A stretch of DNA of 64,000 nt from positions 32,001 through 96,000 of the forward strand of contig JBGARZ010000021.1 of NCBI GenBank assembly GCA_044229975.1, written 5' to 3'. Under the pieces are notes generated by a model. The model saw nothing but the letters and a program-made list of their open reading frames with translations. It was not told the DNA's origin and did not search any database. A program made the position numbers and the translations under genes. Shown in pieces: positions 22,493 to 30,910 of the stretch (its first letter is position 1; the number at the start of each line of letters is the position of its first letter). Origin of the DNA: Polyangiales bacterium (GTDB lineage Bacteria; Myxococcota_A; Polyangia; Polyangiales; Ga0077539).

Positions 22493-24064
22493 TCACGCGT
22501 CCGTCGTCGCGAGCGGAGCGAGTGCCGCTGCCAAGGACGCAGCATCGGGAAAGCGCTCCACCGGATTCTTGGCGAGGCACTTCATCACCACGGCCGTGAG
22601 CGCGGGCGGCACGAGGGCGCCGCGCGCTTCGAGCGAGGGCGGCTCCTGGGTCATGTGCATGAGGACGGTGGTGGCCGCGTTGCCCGTGTCGAAGGGCGGT
22701 TGTCCGCAGAGGGCGAAGTACATCACGCAGCCCACGGAGTAGAGGTCGGCGCGGGCGTCGATGGCTTCCCCCGCGCCCTGCTCGGGGGCCATGAAGAGGG
22801 GCGTTCCGAGCATGATGCCCTCGCGGGTGATGTCGCTCGTCGGAGCGAGCGTCCCGCGGGTGGAAGCGATCTTGGCGACGCCGAAGTCGAGCACCTTCAG
22901 GAAGTCGGGCTGCCCCGCGAGCTGGGCGATCATCAGGTTGTCGGGCTTGATGTCGCGGTGGATGATCCCGTGGGCGTGGGCCTCGCCGAGCGCGCCCGCC
23001 GTCTGGAGCGCGATGCGGGCGACGCGCGCAGGAGCGAGCGGGCCGTCGCGGTGCACGAGGGTGGAGAGCGTCTCGCCGGGGAGGTGCTCCATCACGTAGT
23101 ACCAGTGCCCGTCTTCGGTGGTTCCGTAGTCGAAGACGCGCACCGTGTTGGGGTGCACGAGGTCGGCCGTCGCGCGCACCTCGCGCTCGAAGCGATGCAC
23201 GGCCGCGGCGTTGGGCTCGCCCTTCAAGAGCTTCACCGCGACGTCGCGCTTGAGGGCCGGGTGGTGCGCGAGCCAGACCTCGCCCATCGCGCCGGCGCCG
23301 AGCTTGTGCTTGAAGCGATAGCGACCGACCGAGCGGGTCTCCAGCACGCGGCGTCGCAGCGCCCAGGTCGCGTGACCGCCGGTCGCCGCGAGGACGAAGG
23401 TGACGAGCTGGAGCCCGACGCCGAGGGCAAACTCCGAGACGCGCTCGGGGTGCCGGAAGTCCTCTGCGATGGTGGGCGAGAACCACGCCGCGACGCCCAG
23501 GGTGACTCCGAAGAGCAACGCCGGGATGAGTCCCCAGGTGGCGTTGCGCTGCCAGGGTTCGGGGAGCGCGACGGCGCGGGCCACGAGCACGCACGACACC
23601 GCGTGGGCGTAGGGGCTCGCGATGCCCTTGTACTCCATGGCCATCATGGCGACGGAGATCGCCGCGGTGCCGTGGGCCATCAGCTCCAGCGCGCGAAGCT
23701 CGGCCGGCGAGGGCGGCGGATCGGAGCGCAGTCGAAACACCTCGCCCACCAGCACCACGAGGACCGTCGCGCGCCACACCAGAAACCACCCGATGGGGCG
23801 GTGGGTGACGAAGGTGGTGGCGTTCCAGTCGCAGGCGATGGTGAGCACCCAGAGGGCCGCGGCGACGGTGTGCACCGTGCGCAGGCGCGAGACGTTGGCG
23901 AGGTGCTCCTGCGCGTCGATGCGCTCGGCGGCGCTGCGCGAGCGGGTGCCCAGGCCACTGCTGCTGGAGGGGTCGGTCGCGCCGAGGCGCGGGGTGCCGG
24001 GCGTCGATGCCGACGGCCGACCATCGGCGGATCTCTGGACGCCTGAGCCCACGGGAGGGCGCAA
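22493..24064 (-). CDS. Ser/Thr protein kinase with N-terminal multi-pass membrane domain
   Basis: About five TM helices, then LGAGAMGEV, VAVK, HRDIKPDN, DFG, GTPLFMAPEQ. Start codon uncertain. Confidence 0.92.
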   Translation of the reverse strand: MRPPVGSGVQRSADGRPSASTPGTPRLGATDPSSSSGLGTRSRSAAERIDAQEHLANVSRLRTVHTVAAALWVLTIACDWNATTFVTHRPIGWFLVWRATVLVVLVGEVFRLRSDPPPSPAELRALELMAHGTAAISVAMMAMEYKGIASPYAHAVSCVLVARAVALPEPWQRNATWGLIPALLFGVTLGVAAWFSPTIAEDFRHPERVSEFALGVGLQLVTFVLAATGGHATWALRRRVLETRSVGRYRFKHKLGAGAMGEVWLAHHPALKRDVAVKLLKGEPNAAAVHRFEREVRATADLVHPNTVRVFDYGTTEDGHWYYVMEHLPGETLSTLVHRDGPLAPARVARIALQTAGALGEAHAHGIIHRDIKPDNLMIAQLAGQPDFLKVLDFGVAKIASTRGTLAPTSDITREGIMLGTPLFMAPEQGAGEAIDARADLYSVGCVMYFALCGQPPFDTGNAATTVLMHMTQEPPSLEARGALVPPALTAVVMKCLAKNPVERFPDAASLAAALAPLATTDA

Positions 24065-24162
24065 GCGATCACGCCCACCGACGCATCGTCAAGCGTTCGT
24101 CGGTGCGAGAGACCCAGTGCTGCGAAGGAGAGTCGAGAGGGAGGGAGAGAAGGAGAGGACGA

Positions 24163-24591
24163 TCAGCCGCCGCGACGGCCGCCGCCACCGCCGCCGCCAC
24201 GGGGGCCGCCGCGACCACCGCCACCGCCGCCGCCGCCGTAGCCGCCGCCACCGCCGTAGCCACCACCGCCGCCACCGCCGCCGCCGCCGTAGCCGCCGCC
24301 ACCACCGCCGTAGCCACCACCGCCGCCGCCACCGCCGCGGTTTTCACGCTCGCGGGCCTCGTTGACGGTGAGGGCGCGGCCGCCGAAGTTGAGGCCGTGC
24401 ACCGCCTTGATGGCCGCGATGGCTTCGGCCTCGCTGTTCATCTCGACGAACGCGAAGCCGCGGGGGCGGCCGGTCTCGCGGTCTTCGACGATGCGAACCT
24501 CTCGCACGCCGCCGCTCGGCTCGAAGAGGGCGCGCACCTGAGGCTCATCTGCGGTGAAGGGAAGGTTGCCGACGTAGATTCTGGATCCCAT
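24163..24591 (-). CDS. RRM RNA-binding protein with Gly-rich tail
   Basis: RNP2 IYVGNL, RNP1 RGFAFVEM, GRALTVNEAR, GGGGGY repeats. Confidence 0.95.
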   Translation of the reverse strand: MGSRIYVGNLPFTADEPQVRALFEPSGGVREVRIVEDRETGRPRGFAFVEMNSEAEAIAAIKAVHGLNFGGRALTVNEARERENRGGGGGGGGYGGGGGGYGGGGGGGGGGYGGGGGYGGGGGGGGRGGPRGGGGGGGRRGG

Positions 24592-24824
24592 GACACGACC
24601 TCGGACAGTTGTGACGGACGCCCGGAGTTGGGGAGCGTCTCGTCGGGCGATGCACCGTCACACGACCGTGGTCTGCGCCGTGGTGACGACCACTGCGAGG
24701 ATGGGGTGACGGGCCATCCACCAGACCACGCCTGGGATGAGCACCACCCCCACTGCCACCCTTCGATGACGGCGGCGGCTCCATGTCCGTGGGTGAAACG
24801 GCTATGAACCCGCAAGCGTCGGCG

Positions 24825-24853
24825 ACCCTATCATCGCGTCCCGAAACGGTCTA
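24825..24853 (-). promoter_or_regulatory. Putative promoter (TAGACC-17 bp-TAGGGT) giving a leader of about 225 nt for the RRM gene
   Basis: Motifs read on the minus strand. Confidence 0.4.
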
Positions 24854-24888
24854 TCGCCCCCGGAGGGATTTTCTCCGCCCGGGCGCCG

Positions 24889-25770
24889 TCACGGCCGGGT
24901 GAGCGCATCGAGCCACGCCTCGGGAGGTCCCCGCCGGAGCACCCCGCCGAGGTCGAAGAGGGTGATGGCATCGACCCCTTCGCGCCGCGCGGCGGCGACG
25001 TCGGCCGCGAGCTCGGCGGGGTCGCGGTAGCGCGGCTCGTCACCCAGCGCGCCCACGTCGACGACCCCGAGCGAGACGCCCGCGGCGTGACCGAAGCGGC
25101 GTCGGGCGGCCGCCGAACCGCGCGCGAGCAGGTCGACGGCGCGGTCGCGGCGAACGAATCCACCCGACCAGCCCTCCATCATCGAGGTGTAGAGCATGAC
25201 GCTGGCGTGGTCCCAGGGGAGGGCGTCGACGGGGACGGACAGCACGCGTTGGATGGGGCGCAGTCGACCGCCGCGCGGATCGAGGAGGACGAAGGGCAGC
25301 ACCGCGGACGTGCAGAGAACCCCGCGCTCGTGGACGGCGCCGATGAGGGTGCGGAAGAGGGCGCGGGCGGCGGTCCAGTTGGTTCCGTTGATGGAGGCGA
25401 GGGAGGGCCACACGGCAGCGGGCGAGCGCAGCGCGGTGGTGACGACGCCGAAGGGCGGTTCGAGGTCGACGGCAATATCGATGATGCGCGCCCCATCGGG
25501 GACGGCATCGAGGAGGTCGCGCACGAAGCGGGTGAACGCGAGGGCGTTGAGCGCGTTGGCCCAGCGGCCGTCGGCGTCGGCGATCATCGGCCAGAGGCCG
25601 AGACCCACGCCCGCGTCGTTGCAGGCGCCGACGAGGGCGGGCACGTCGACGAGGTCCCACGGGCGCACGGCGGCGACGAGCTCCACGTCGAAGCGGGCGA
25701 GCAGCCGCAGGGTCGATGGGTCCGTGAGCGCGGAGAAGGGGAGCGTCTCGCTCCAGACGCGGCGGCGCAT
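24889..25770 (-). CDS. Hypothetical protein, possible TIM-barrel glycoside-hydrolase-like fold
   Basis: Alternating beta/alpha pattern (GLWPMI..., IAVDLEPP, SVMLYTS, ITLFDLGG). Divergent from a glycosyltransferase gene. Confidence 0.55.
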   Translation of the reverse strand: MRRRVWSETLPFSALTDPSTLRLLARFDVELVAAVRPWDLVDVPALVGACNDAGVGLGLWPMIADADGRWANALNALAFTRFVRDLLDAVPDGARIIDIAVDLEPPFGVVTTALRSPAAVWPSLASINGTNWTAARALFRTLIGAVHERGVLCTSAVLPFVLLDPRGGRLRPIQRVLSVPVDALPWDHASVMLYTSMMEGWSGGFVRRDRAVDLLARGSAAARRRFGHAAGVSLGVVDVGALGDEPRYRDPAELAADVAAARREGVDAITLFDLGGVLRRGPPEAWLDALTRP

Positions 25771-25812
25771 CGGTCAGCGCTCCCGCGCGGGGCCTGCGGT
25801 ATGGTCCGCGGG

Positions 25813-26913
25813 ATGAAGATCCTCTACGGGGTGGTGGGCGAGGGATTGGGTCACGCGATGCGCTCGCGGGTGGTGTTGGAGCACCTCGTCGCGGCGGGGC
25901 ACGAGGTGCAGGTGATGGCCTCGGGGCGCGCGGTGGACTTCCTCTCGAAGCGCTTCAGCGGGGTGCACCAGATCCATGGGTACCACATGATCCTGGAGGA
26001 GAACCGCGTGCGGAAGACGAAGACCCTCTGGTCCAACGTCACCAGCGGCCTCACCGGAACGCCCAAGAACATCCTCGCGTACTTCGACCTGCTCGACAGC
26101 TTCCGCGCCGAGGCGGTCATCTCCGACTTCGAGTCGTGGACCTGGCTCTACGCGAAGAACCAGCGCCTCCCCATCGTGTCGATCGACAACATGCAGGTGA
26201 TCAACCGCTGCACCCTCGACCCGCGCGTCGTCGACGGCGCCGAGGCGGAGTTCGCCGTCGCCAGGGCCTTCGTGAAGGCCAAGCTCCCGTTCTGCGATCG
26301 CTACCTCATCACGACCTTCTTCCGGCCGCCGGTGCGCAAGGCGCGCACGGCGCTGCACGCGCCCATCCTGCGGCCGGAGATTCTCGCCGCGACGCGCAGC
26401 GCGGGCGAACACCTGCTCGTCTACCAGACGGGCGGCGGCGACCAGACGCTCATCGACGCGCTCAAGGCGACGGGCCTGGAGTGTCGTGTCTACGGCGTGC
26501 GTCGCGACATCAGCGAGGACGTGCGCGACGACAACCTCGTGTACCGACCCATCGGCGAGAAGGGCTTCATCGCCGACCTCGCGAGCTGCCGCGGGGTCAT
26601 CGCGTCGGCGGGCTTCACGCTGATGGGGGAGGCCGTGTACCTGCGCAAGCCGATGCTGGCGGTGCCGCTGGCGGGGCAGTTCGAGCAGATCCTCAACGCG
26701 CGCTACCTCGACCTCATGGGGTACGGGGCGTGGGCGCCGTCGCTCGATGATCCGCGGGTCATCGCGGACTTCGTGAAGGCGCTTCCACGCTACGAGGCCG
26801 CCCTCGCGACGTACACGCAGGACGGCAACAAGGTGCTGCTGGCGGACCTCGACGCGACGCTCGACCGCTTCGCGGCGGGCCAGCGTGCAGAGGAAGAAGG
26901 CGAAGAAGACTGA
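25813..26913 (+). CDS. MJ1255/VC2487-family glycosyltransferase (GT-B, GT28-like)
   Basis: MKILYGVVGEGLGHAMRS, VISDFE, SIDN, AGFTLMGEAVYLRKPMLAVPLAGQFEQILNA. Confidence 0.9.
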   Translation: MKILYGVVGEGLGHAMRSRVVLEHLVAAGHEVQVMASGRAVDFLSKRFSGVHQIHGYHMILEENRVRKTKTLWSNVTSGLTGTPKNILAYFDLLDSFRAEAVISDFESWTWLYAKNQRLPIVSIDNMQVINRCTLDPRVVDGAEAEFAVARAFVKAKLPFCDRYLITTFFRPPVRKARTALHAPILRPEILAATRSAGEHLLVYQTGGGDQTLIDALKATGLECRVYGVRRDISEDVRDDNLVYRPIGEKGFIADLASCRGVIASAGFTLMGEAVYLRKPMLAVPLAGQFEQILNARYLDLMGYGAWAPSLDDPRVIADFVKALPRYEAALATYTQDGNKVLLADLDATLDRFAAGQRAEEEGEED

Positions 26914-26917
26914 GGGG

Positions 26918-29900
26918 TTATTCGAGCGTCTCGGTGGCGGTCGGGACGAGCGTCGGGTCGATGGGCTCTTCGACGAGTTCGCCGTTGTGGATGACATAGG
27001 CACGGGCCCGGTGCGCGGCGTCGAGGGCGACGTCGACCTGAACCGCGCGCGGTCGGTCACCGCCAGCGAGTCGCAACAGCAGCGTGGCGTGCGCCGAGCG
27101 ACCGCCGCGTAGACCGACGCGACCGCGCACCACGAGGCGCAACCCCTCCACGGCCGTGAGCGGCTGAAAGACCCGCAGCCCAAGCGCGAGCGGCGACTCA
27201 CCGACTTCCGCGAAGGCGACGTCGTCGGGGGAGCGGGCGAGCAGCTCCAGGCCGACGTCGGGGTGGCTCCAGCGCAGCGCGATGGTGTCGCGGCTCGCGG
27301 CGCGGGTTCCGCGGGTCCACGCGCGCAGGCCCGGGTCGTCGGGTCGCGCGGCGGCGATGCGCAGCACCTCACGGTCGAGCACGGCACGCAGTCCGGCCAC
27401 GAGCGCCGCGTCGCCGCTGCCTTCGGAGGCCGCGCGGAGGGTTCGCAGCGCCTCGTCCTCGCGGCCCGCGCCGAGGGCGGCCATGGCCACGCGCACCTCG
27501 ACGGCGGGGTCGCCGGGGCGGAGCGCGCGCAGCGTCACGTACTGGGCGTACGCCTCCTCGAACCACTCGAAGGCCAGCAACAGATCGCCCAGTCGCTCGC
27601 GCGCCGCAGGGTCGTACGGGGCGCCCTCGACGATCTCCGAGAAGGCTCGCAGCGCTTCGTCGCGCGCGCCCAACCGGAGCAGGAGTTCGCCCACGCGGCT
27701 GCGGACCCGCGCATCGGCAGCCGGGTCGCGGCGCAGTCGATCGGCGATGGCGCGCGCCTCGGGTCCGCGGTCGACGGCGGCGAGGGCGTCCATGTAGCGG
27801 AGCAGGAGGTCGATGTCGCGCGGGGCGACGGCGAGCCACGCGCGGAGGATGTCCACGCGCTGGGCCGGCGTGACGCCAGGCGTGGCGAGGCGGCGGAGGA
27901 GCGCGTCCCAGTCGACGAGCTCGGTGCGACCGTGCGCGGCGCGCCACGCGAAGGCCGGACCGAAGCGACGCGCGAGCGCGGTGTCGAACCAGTCGATGAC
28001 CGAGGGATCGACGAGGCCCTCGCGCAGCGTCGACAGCGCGGCCGGGTCGTGCAGCCCTTCGAGGAAGACCTCCAGCAACGCGACGCGGTCCTCCCACCAG
28101 CGGAGCTCGCAGCGGTTGCGGGCGTCGGTCCAGACCGCGACGGCGCCGTACGCATCCTCGCCGCGTGTGCGCCAGCGCTCACGCCAGAGCGCCGCGCGGA
28201 GCGTTCGCGGGAGCTGCGCGCTCGACGGGCACCGCGCCGCTGCGGGCCCACGCCCGCCGCCTTCTGCGGGCGGGTCGAAGCGGAACGTGCGATCGACGGT
28301 GTCGGGCGTCGCGCCGAGGAGTTCGAGCGACGGGAACGTCACCGATGCGACGGCGCGCTGCACGCACGCTTCGGTCTCGACGTCGCGCAGGGTCGAGCTC
28401 GCGACGGTGGCGAGGCTCACGTGCCCGTCGGCGCCGACGGTGGCGCGCACGGTGACCTCTCCCGCGAGGGTGGGGCGCAGCGCGCGCTTGCGGGCGACGC
28501 AGGCGTTGGCGGCGTCTCCTGCGCTGGCGAGCGCGGCGACGAGCGCGGCGCGTCCGCCGAGCCCCTGGCCCTCGCCGAGGGCGTGGGGCGTCCAGCCGCT
28601 GCCGTCGTCGATGGCGATGGGCGCGGCGTGGCTCTCGCCGAAGCGCGCGATGCCGCGGGGCGAGATGGACTCCGCGACGCCGAGCGCGGGGAGCGACGTG
28701 CGGGCGGTGTCCTCTTCCCACAAGCTCGAACGCGCGAAGAGCCCGGTGGCGTCTGGTGCCGAAGCGCCGAGCGCGAGGCCCGACACGGAGGTCACCAGGC
28801 CGAAGCGGGCGCCGAGGTCGGCGACGGCGCCGCGGCTGCCGCCCTGGGCGATGAGGTCACGCACCCGGAGCTGGGCCCAGCGCCGTTGCAGATCGCCCTC
28901 ATCGAACACGGGCGTGGGGTTGATCGGGAGCGTCCACTCGCGGACATCAGCGCCGACGCGGGCGCGCACACGAACCTCCTTCGGGAGCTTGCCCTCGACG
29001 ACGCCCACGAAGCGCAGCGGGTCGCCCGCAAACCATCGATCGACCCGCGCCGGGAGCATGGTGTGCACCGTGTTGCCCGCGGTGACGACGACGTCGCGGA
29101 GCATCGGCTGCATCGCCCTCGCGACGAGTCGACCCGAAGCGGCGACGGCCTCGGCGCGGTCGGTCGCGCGCTCGGTGGCGTGCGCTCCGGCGGCGAGAGG
29201 AGCGAGCACCTCGGGGTGCGCGTCGCTGCCGAGGCCGAGCACGTAGAGGCGCAGGTCGGGCGCCTGGCGGCGCAGGTCGTCGCGCAGGCGCGACGGGTCG
29301 ATGGGGCCCACCGTGGGGGTCGCGTCGCCGAGGTAGATGATCACACCGTTGCGCGACGGATCGAGCGCCGCGTTGGCATCCGCGAGGATGCGCCCGAGGT
29401 TGGTCGCTCCGCCGAGTCGCACCCGCGCGACGGCGTCGACGATGGCCTCGCGGCGCGCGTCGTCGAGGCGGCTCAAGGCGCCCGCGGGCCCGGCTGCGGG
29501 GCGTCCGCGGAGGTCACCGAACCACAACGCCACGCGATCGGAGGCGCCGAGCTGGCGGAGCATGGCGTCGACCGCGGCGCGGGCCATCTCCAGGGCGCTG
29601 CGTTCGGTTCCGGCGGAGTCGTCGACCACGACGATGACGTCGCTGCCGTCGAGGGTGGGCGTCGGCAGCGCGAGGTCGACGGAGAGCGAGGAGGTGCCGT
29701 TGTGGGCGCTGCGCCAGGCGCGGGCCGACGGCGTGGCCGAAGGCGCATCGGTGAGCTCGACGGCGGTCTCGCCGCGCGGGCGGTAGTCGCTGCGGCGCAA
29801 GCGCACGTGACCCTCGACGAGGCGGGCGCCCTCGGGGATGGCCACGGAGCGGGCGCCCGCGCGCGACACGTCGACGTCGACGCTGTACTCGCCGATGAGC

Positions 29901-30910
29901 GGCGGGTCGGTGGCGGCCGTTCCGGCGACGTAGATGCGGCGGTTGCCGTCGCGGGTGAGCCACTGCGTCCACGAGAGCGAGACGCGCAGCTCCTCGCCCG
30001 GGGCGAGCGTCCCCAGGTAGGCGCGGGCCGTCCCGTCGTCGTCGGCGTAGAGGGCCGAGGACACGCCGTCGCGCGAGACGCGCGAGAGCACCACGGGGGA
30101 GGAGTCGGTCCACGTTGCTTCGCCGTGCGCGACGCGGAAGCTCGACACGATCGCGCCTTCCGGGAGCGGGAGCCGCCAGTCCACCTCCGACGCGCTGGGC
30201 GCGCCGTTGAAGAAGCGCTGCTCGACGGTGGTCACCGCGAGGTCGCCGCGGATGGCTGTTCGCACCTCGTGCGAGCGCACCGCCAAGGCCATGGGCGCCT
30301 CCCCGTCCGTGACGTGCGCGAAGGCTGCGCCCACGCCGCGCCCGGGAGGACGCGCGATGCCCTGCGGGGAGGCCGCTCCGCCCGTCCAGTCGTCCCACAC
30401 CGAGGCCGCGCGCGGCGTGAGCTCACCTGTCCCCTCCAGCGACTCGCCCTGCGCGAGCTGACCCTGCCGTCGACCCTGTCGCCACGCGACCTCGCCGCGC
30501 ACCACGATCACCCGCGCGCCCGCGGTGTCGCGTTCGAGCTCCAGGGCCGCGTCGCCGATCTCCACGCGCGCTTCACCCACCTGGAAGCCGCGCGCGTCGA
30601 CGCCTCGCCCCGTGGCAAACACCCGCCCGCGCTCCAGCGATGCGACGCCGTCGACGAAGCGCAGGCTGGTATCACCCGCGACGCGCAGCTCCAGGCCGTT
30701 GTCGGTGTGCAGCACCGCGCGGCCCGCGGTGTCCGTGACGACGATTCCCGCGCACGGAACCCGCGCGCTTCGGGCGACGGACTCGCTCGCGACGGTCACG
30801 CCGCCGTGCTGGACATCGAGCGTCGCACACGTGGTCGGCGCCGACCGGAGGGCCTGCGCCCGGCCGCCGCAACCGATGGCGAGCGCCGCGAAAACGCAGA
30901 CCGCCCTCAT
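26918..30910 (-). CDS. Lipoprotein with FecR-like, VIT, vWA, AgmX/TonB-C-like and TPR domains (paralog B)
   Basis: Lipobox AIGC, VIT (GDLAVTTVEQRFFN), vWA (VIVVVDDSAG, GATNL, YLGDA), AgmX-like (L.GEVTV...VGADG.V...EACV), TPRs, LRWSHPD. Confidence 0.85.
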   Translation of the reverse strand: MRAVCVFAALAIGCGGRAQALRSAPTTCATLDVQHGGVTVASESVARSARVPCAGIVVTDTAGRAVLHTDNGLELRVAGDTSLRFVDGVASLERGRVFATGRGVDARGFQVGEARVEIGDAALELERDTAGARVIVVRGEVAWRQGRRQGQLAQGESLEGTGELTPRAASVWDDWTGGAASPQGIARPPGRGVGAAFAHVTDGEAPMALAVRSHEVRTAIRGDLAVTTVEQRFFNGAPSASEVDWRLPLPEGAIVSSFRVAHGEATWTDSSPVVLSRVSRDGVSSALYADDDGTARAYLGTLAPGEELRVSLSWTQWLTRDGNRRIYVAGTAATDPPLIGEYSVDVDVSRAGARSVAIPEGARLVEGHVRLRRSDYRPRGETAVELTDAPSATPSARAWRSAHNGTSSLSVDLALPTPTLDGSDVIVVVDDSAGTERSALEMARAAVDAMLRQLGASDRVALWFGDLRGRPAAGPAGALSRLDDARREAIVDAVARVRLGGATNLGRILADANAALDPSRNGVIIYLGDATPTVGPIDPSRLRDDLRRQAPDLRLYVLGLGSDAHPEVLAPLAAGAHATERATDRAEAVAASGRLVARAMQPMLRDVVVTAGNTVHTMLPARVDRWFAGDPLRFVGVVEGKLPKEVRVRARVGADVREWTLPINPTPVFDEGDLQRRWAQLRVRDLIAQGGSRGAVADLGARFGLVTSVSGLALGASAPDATGLFARSSLWEEDTARTSLPALGVAESISPRGIARFGESHAAPIAIDDGSGWTPHALGEGQGLGGRAALVAALASAGDAANACVARKRALRPTLAGEVTVRATVGADGHVSLATVASSTLRDVETEACVQRAVASVTFPSLELLGATPDTVDRTFRFDPPAEGGGRGPAAARCPSSAQLPRTLRAALWRERWRTRGEDAYGAVAVWTDARNRCELRWWEDRVALLEVFLEGLHDPAALSTLREGLVDPSVIDWFDTALARRFGPAFAWRAAHGRTELVDWDALLRRLATPGVTPAQRVDILRAWLAVAPRDIDLLLRYMDALAAVDRGPEARAIADRLRRDPAADARVRSRVGELLLRLGARDEALRAFSEIVEGAPYDPAARERLGDLLLAFEWFEEAYAQYVTLRALRPGDPAVEVRVAMAALGAGREDEALRTLRAASEGSGDAALVAGLRAVLDREVLRIAAARPDDPGLRAWTRGTRAASRDTIALRWSHPDVGLELLARSPDDVAFAEVGESPLALGLRVFQPLTAVEGLRLVVRGRVGLRGGRSAHATLLLRLAGGDRPRAVQVDVALDAAHRARAYVIHNGELVEEPIDPTLVPTATETLE

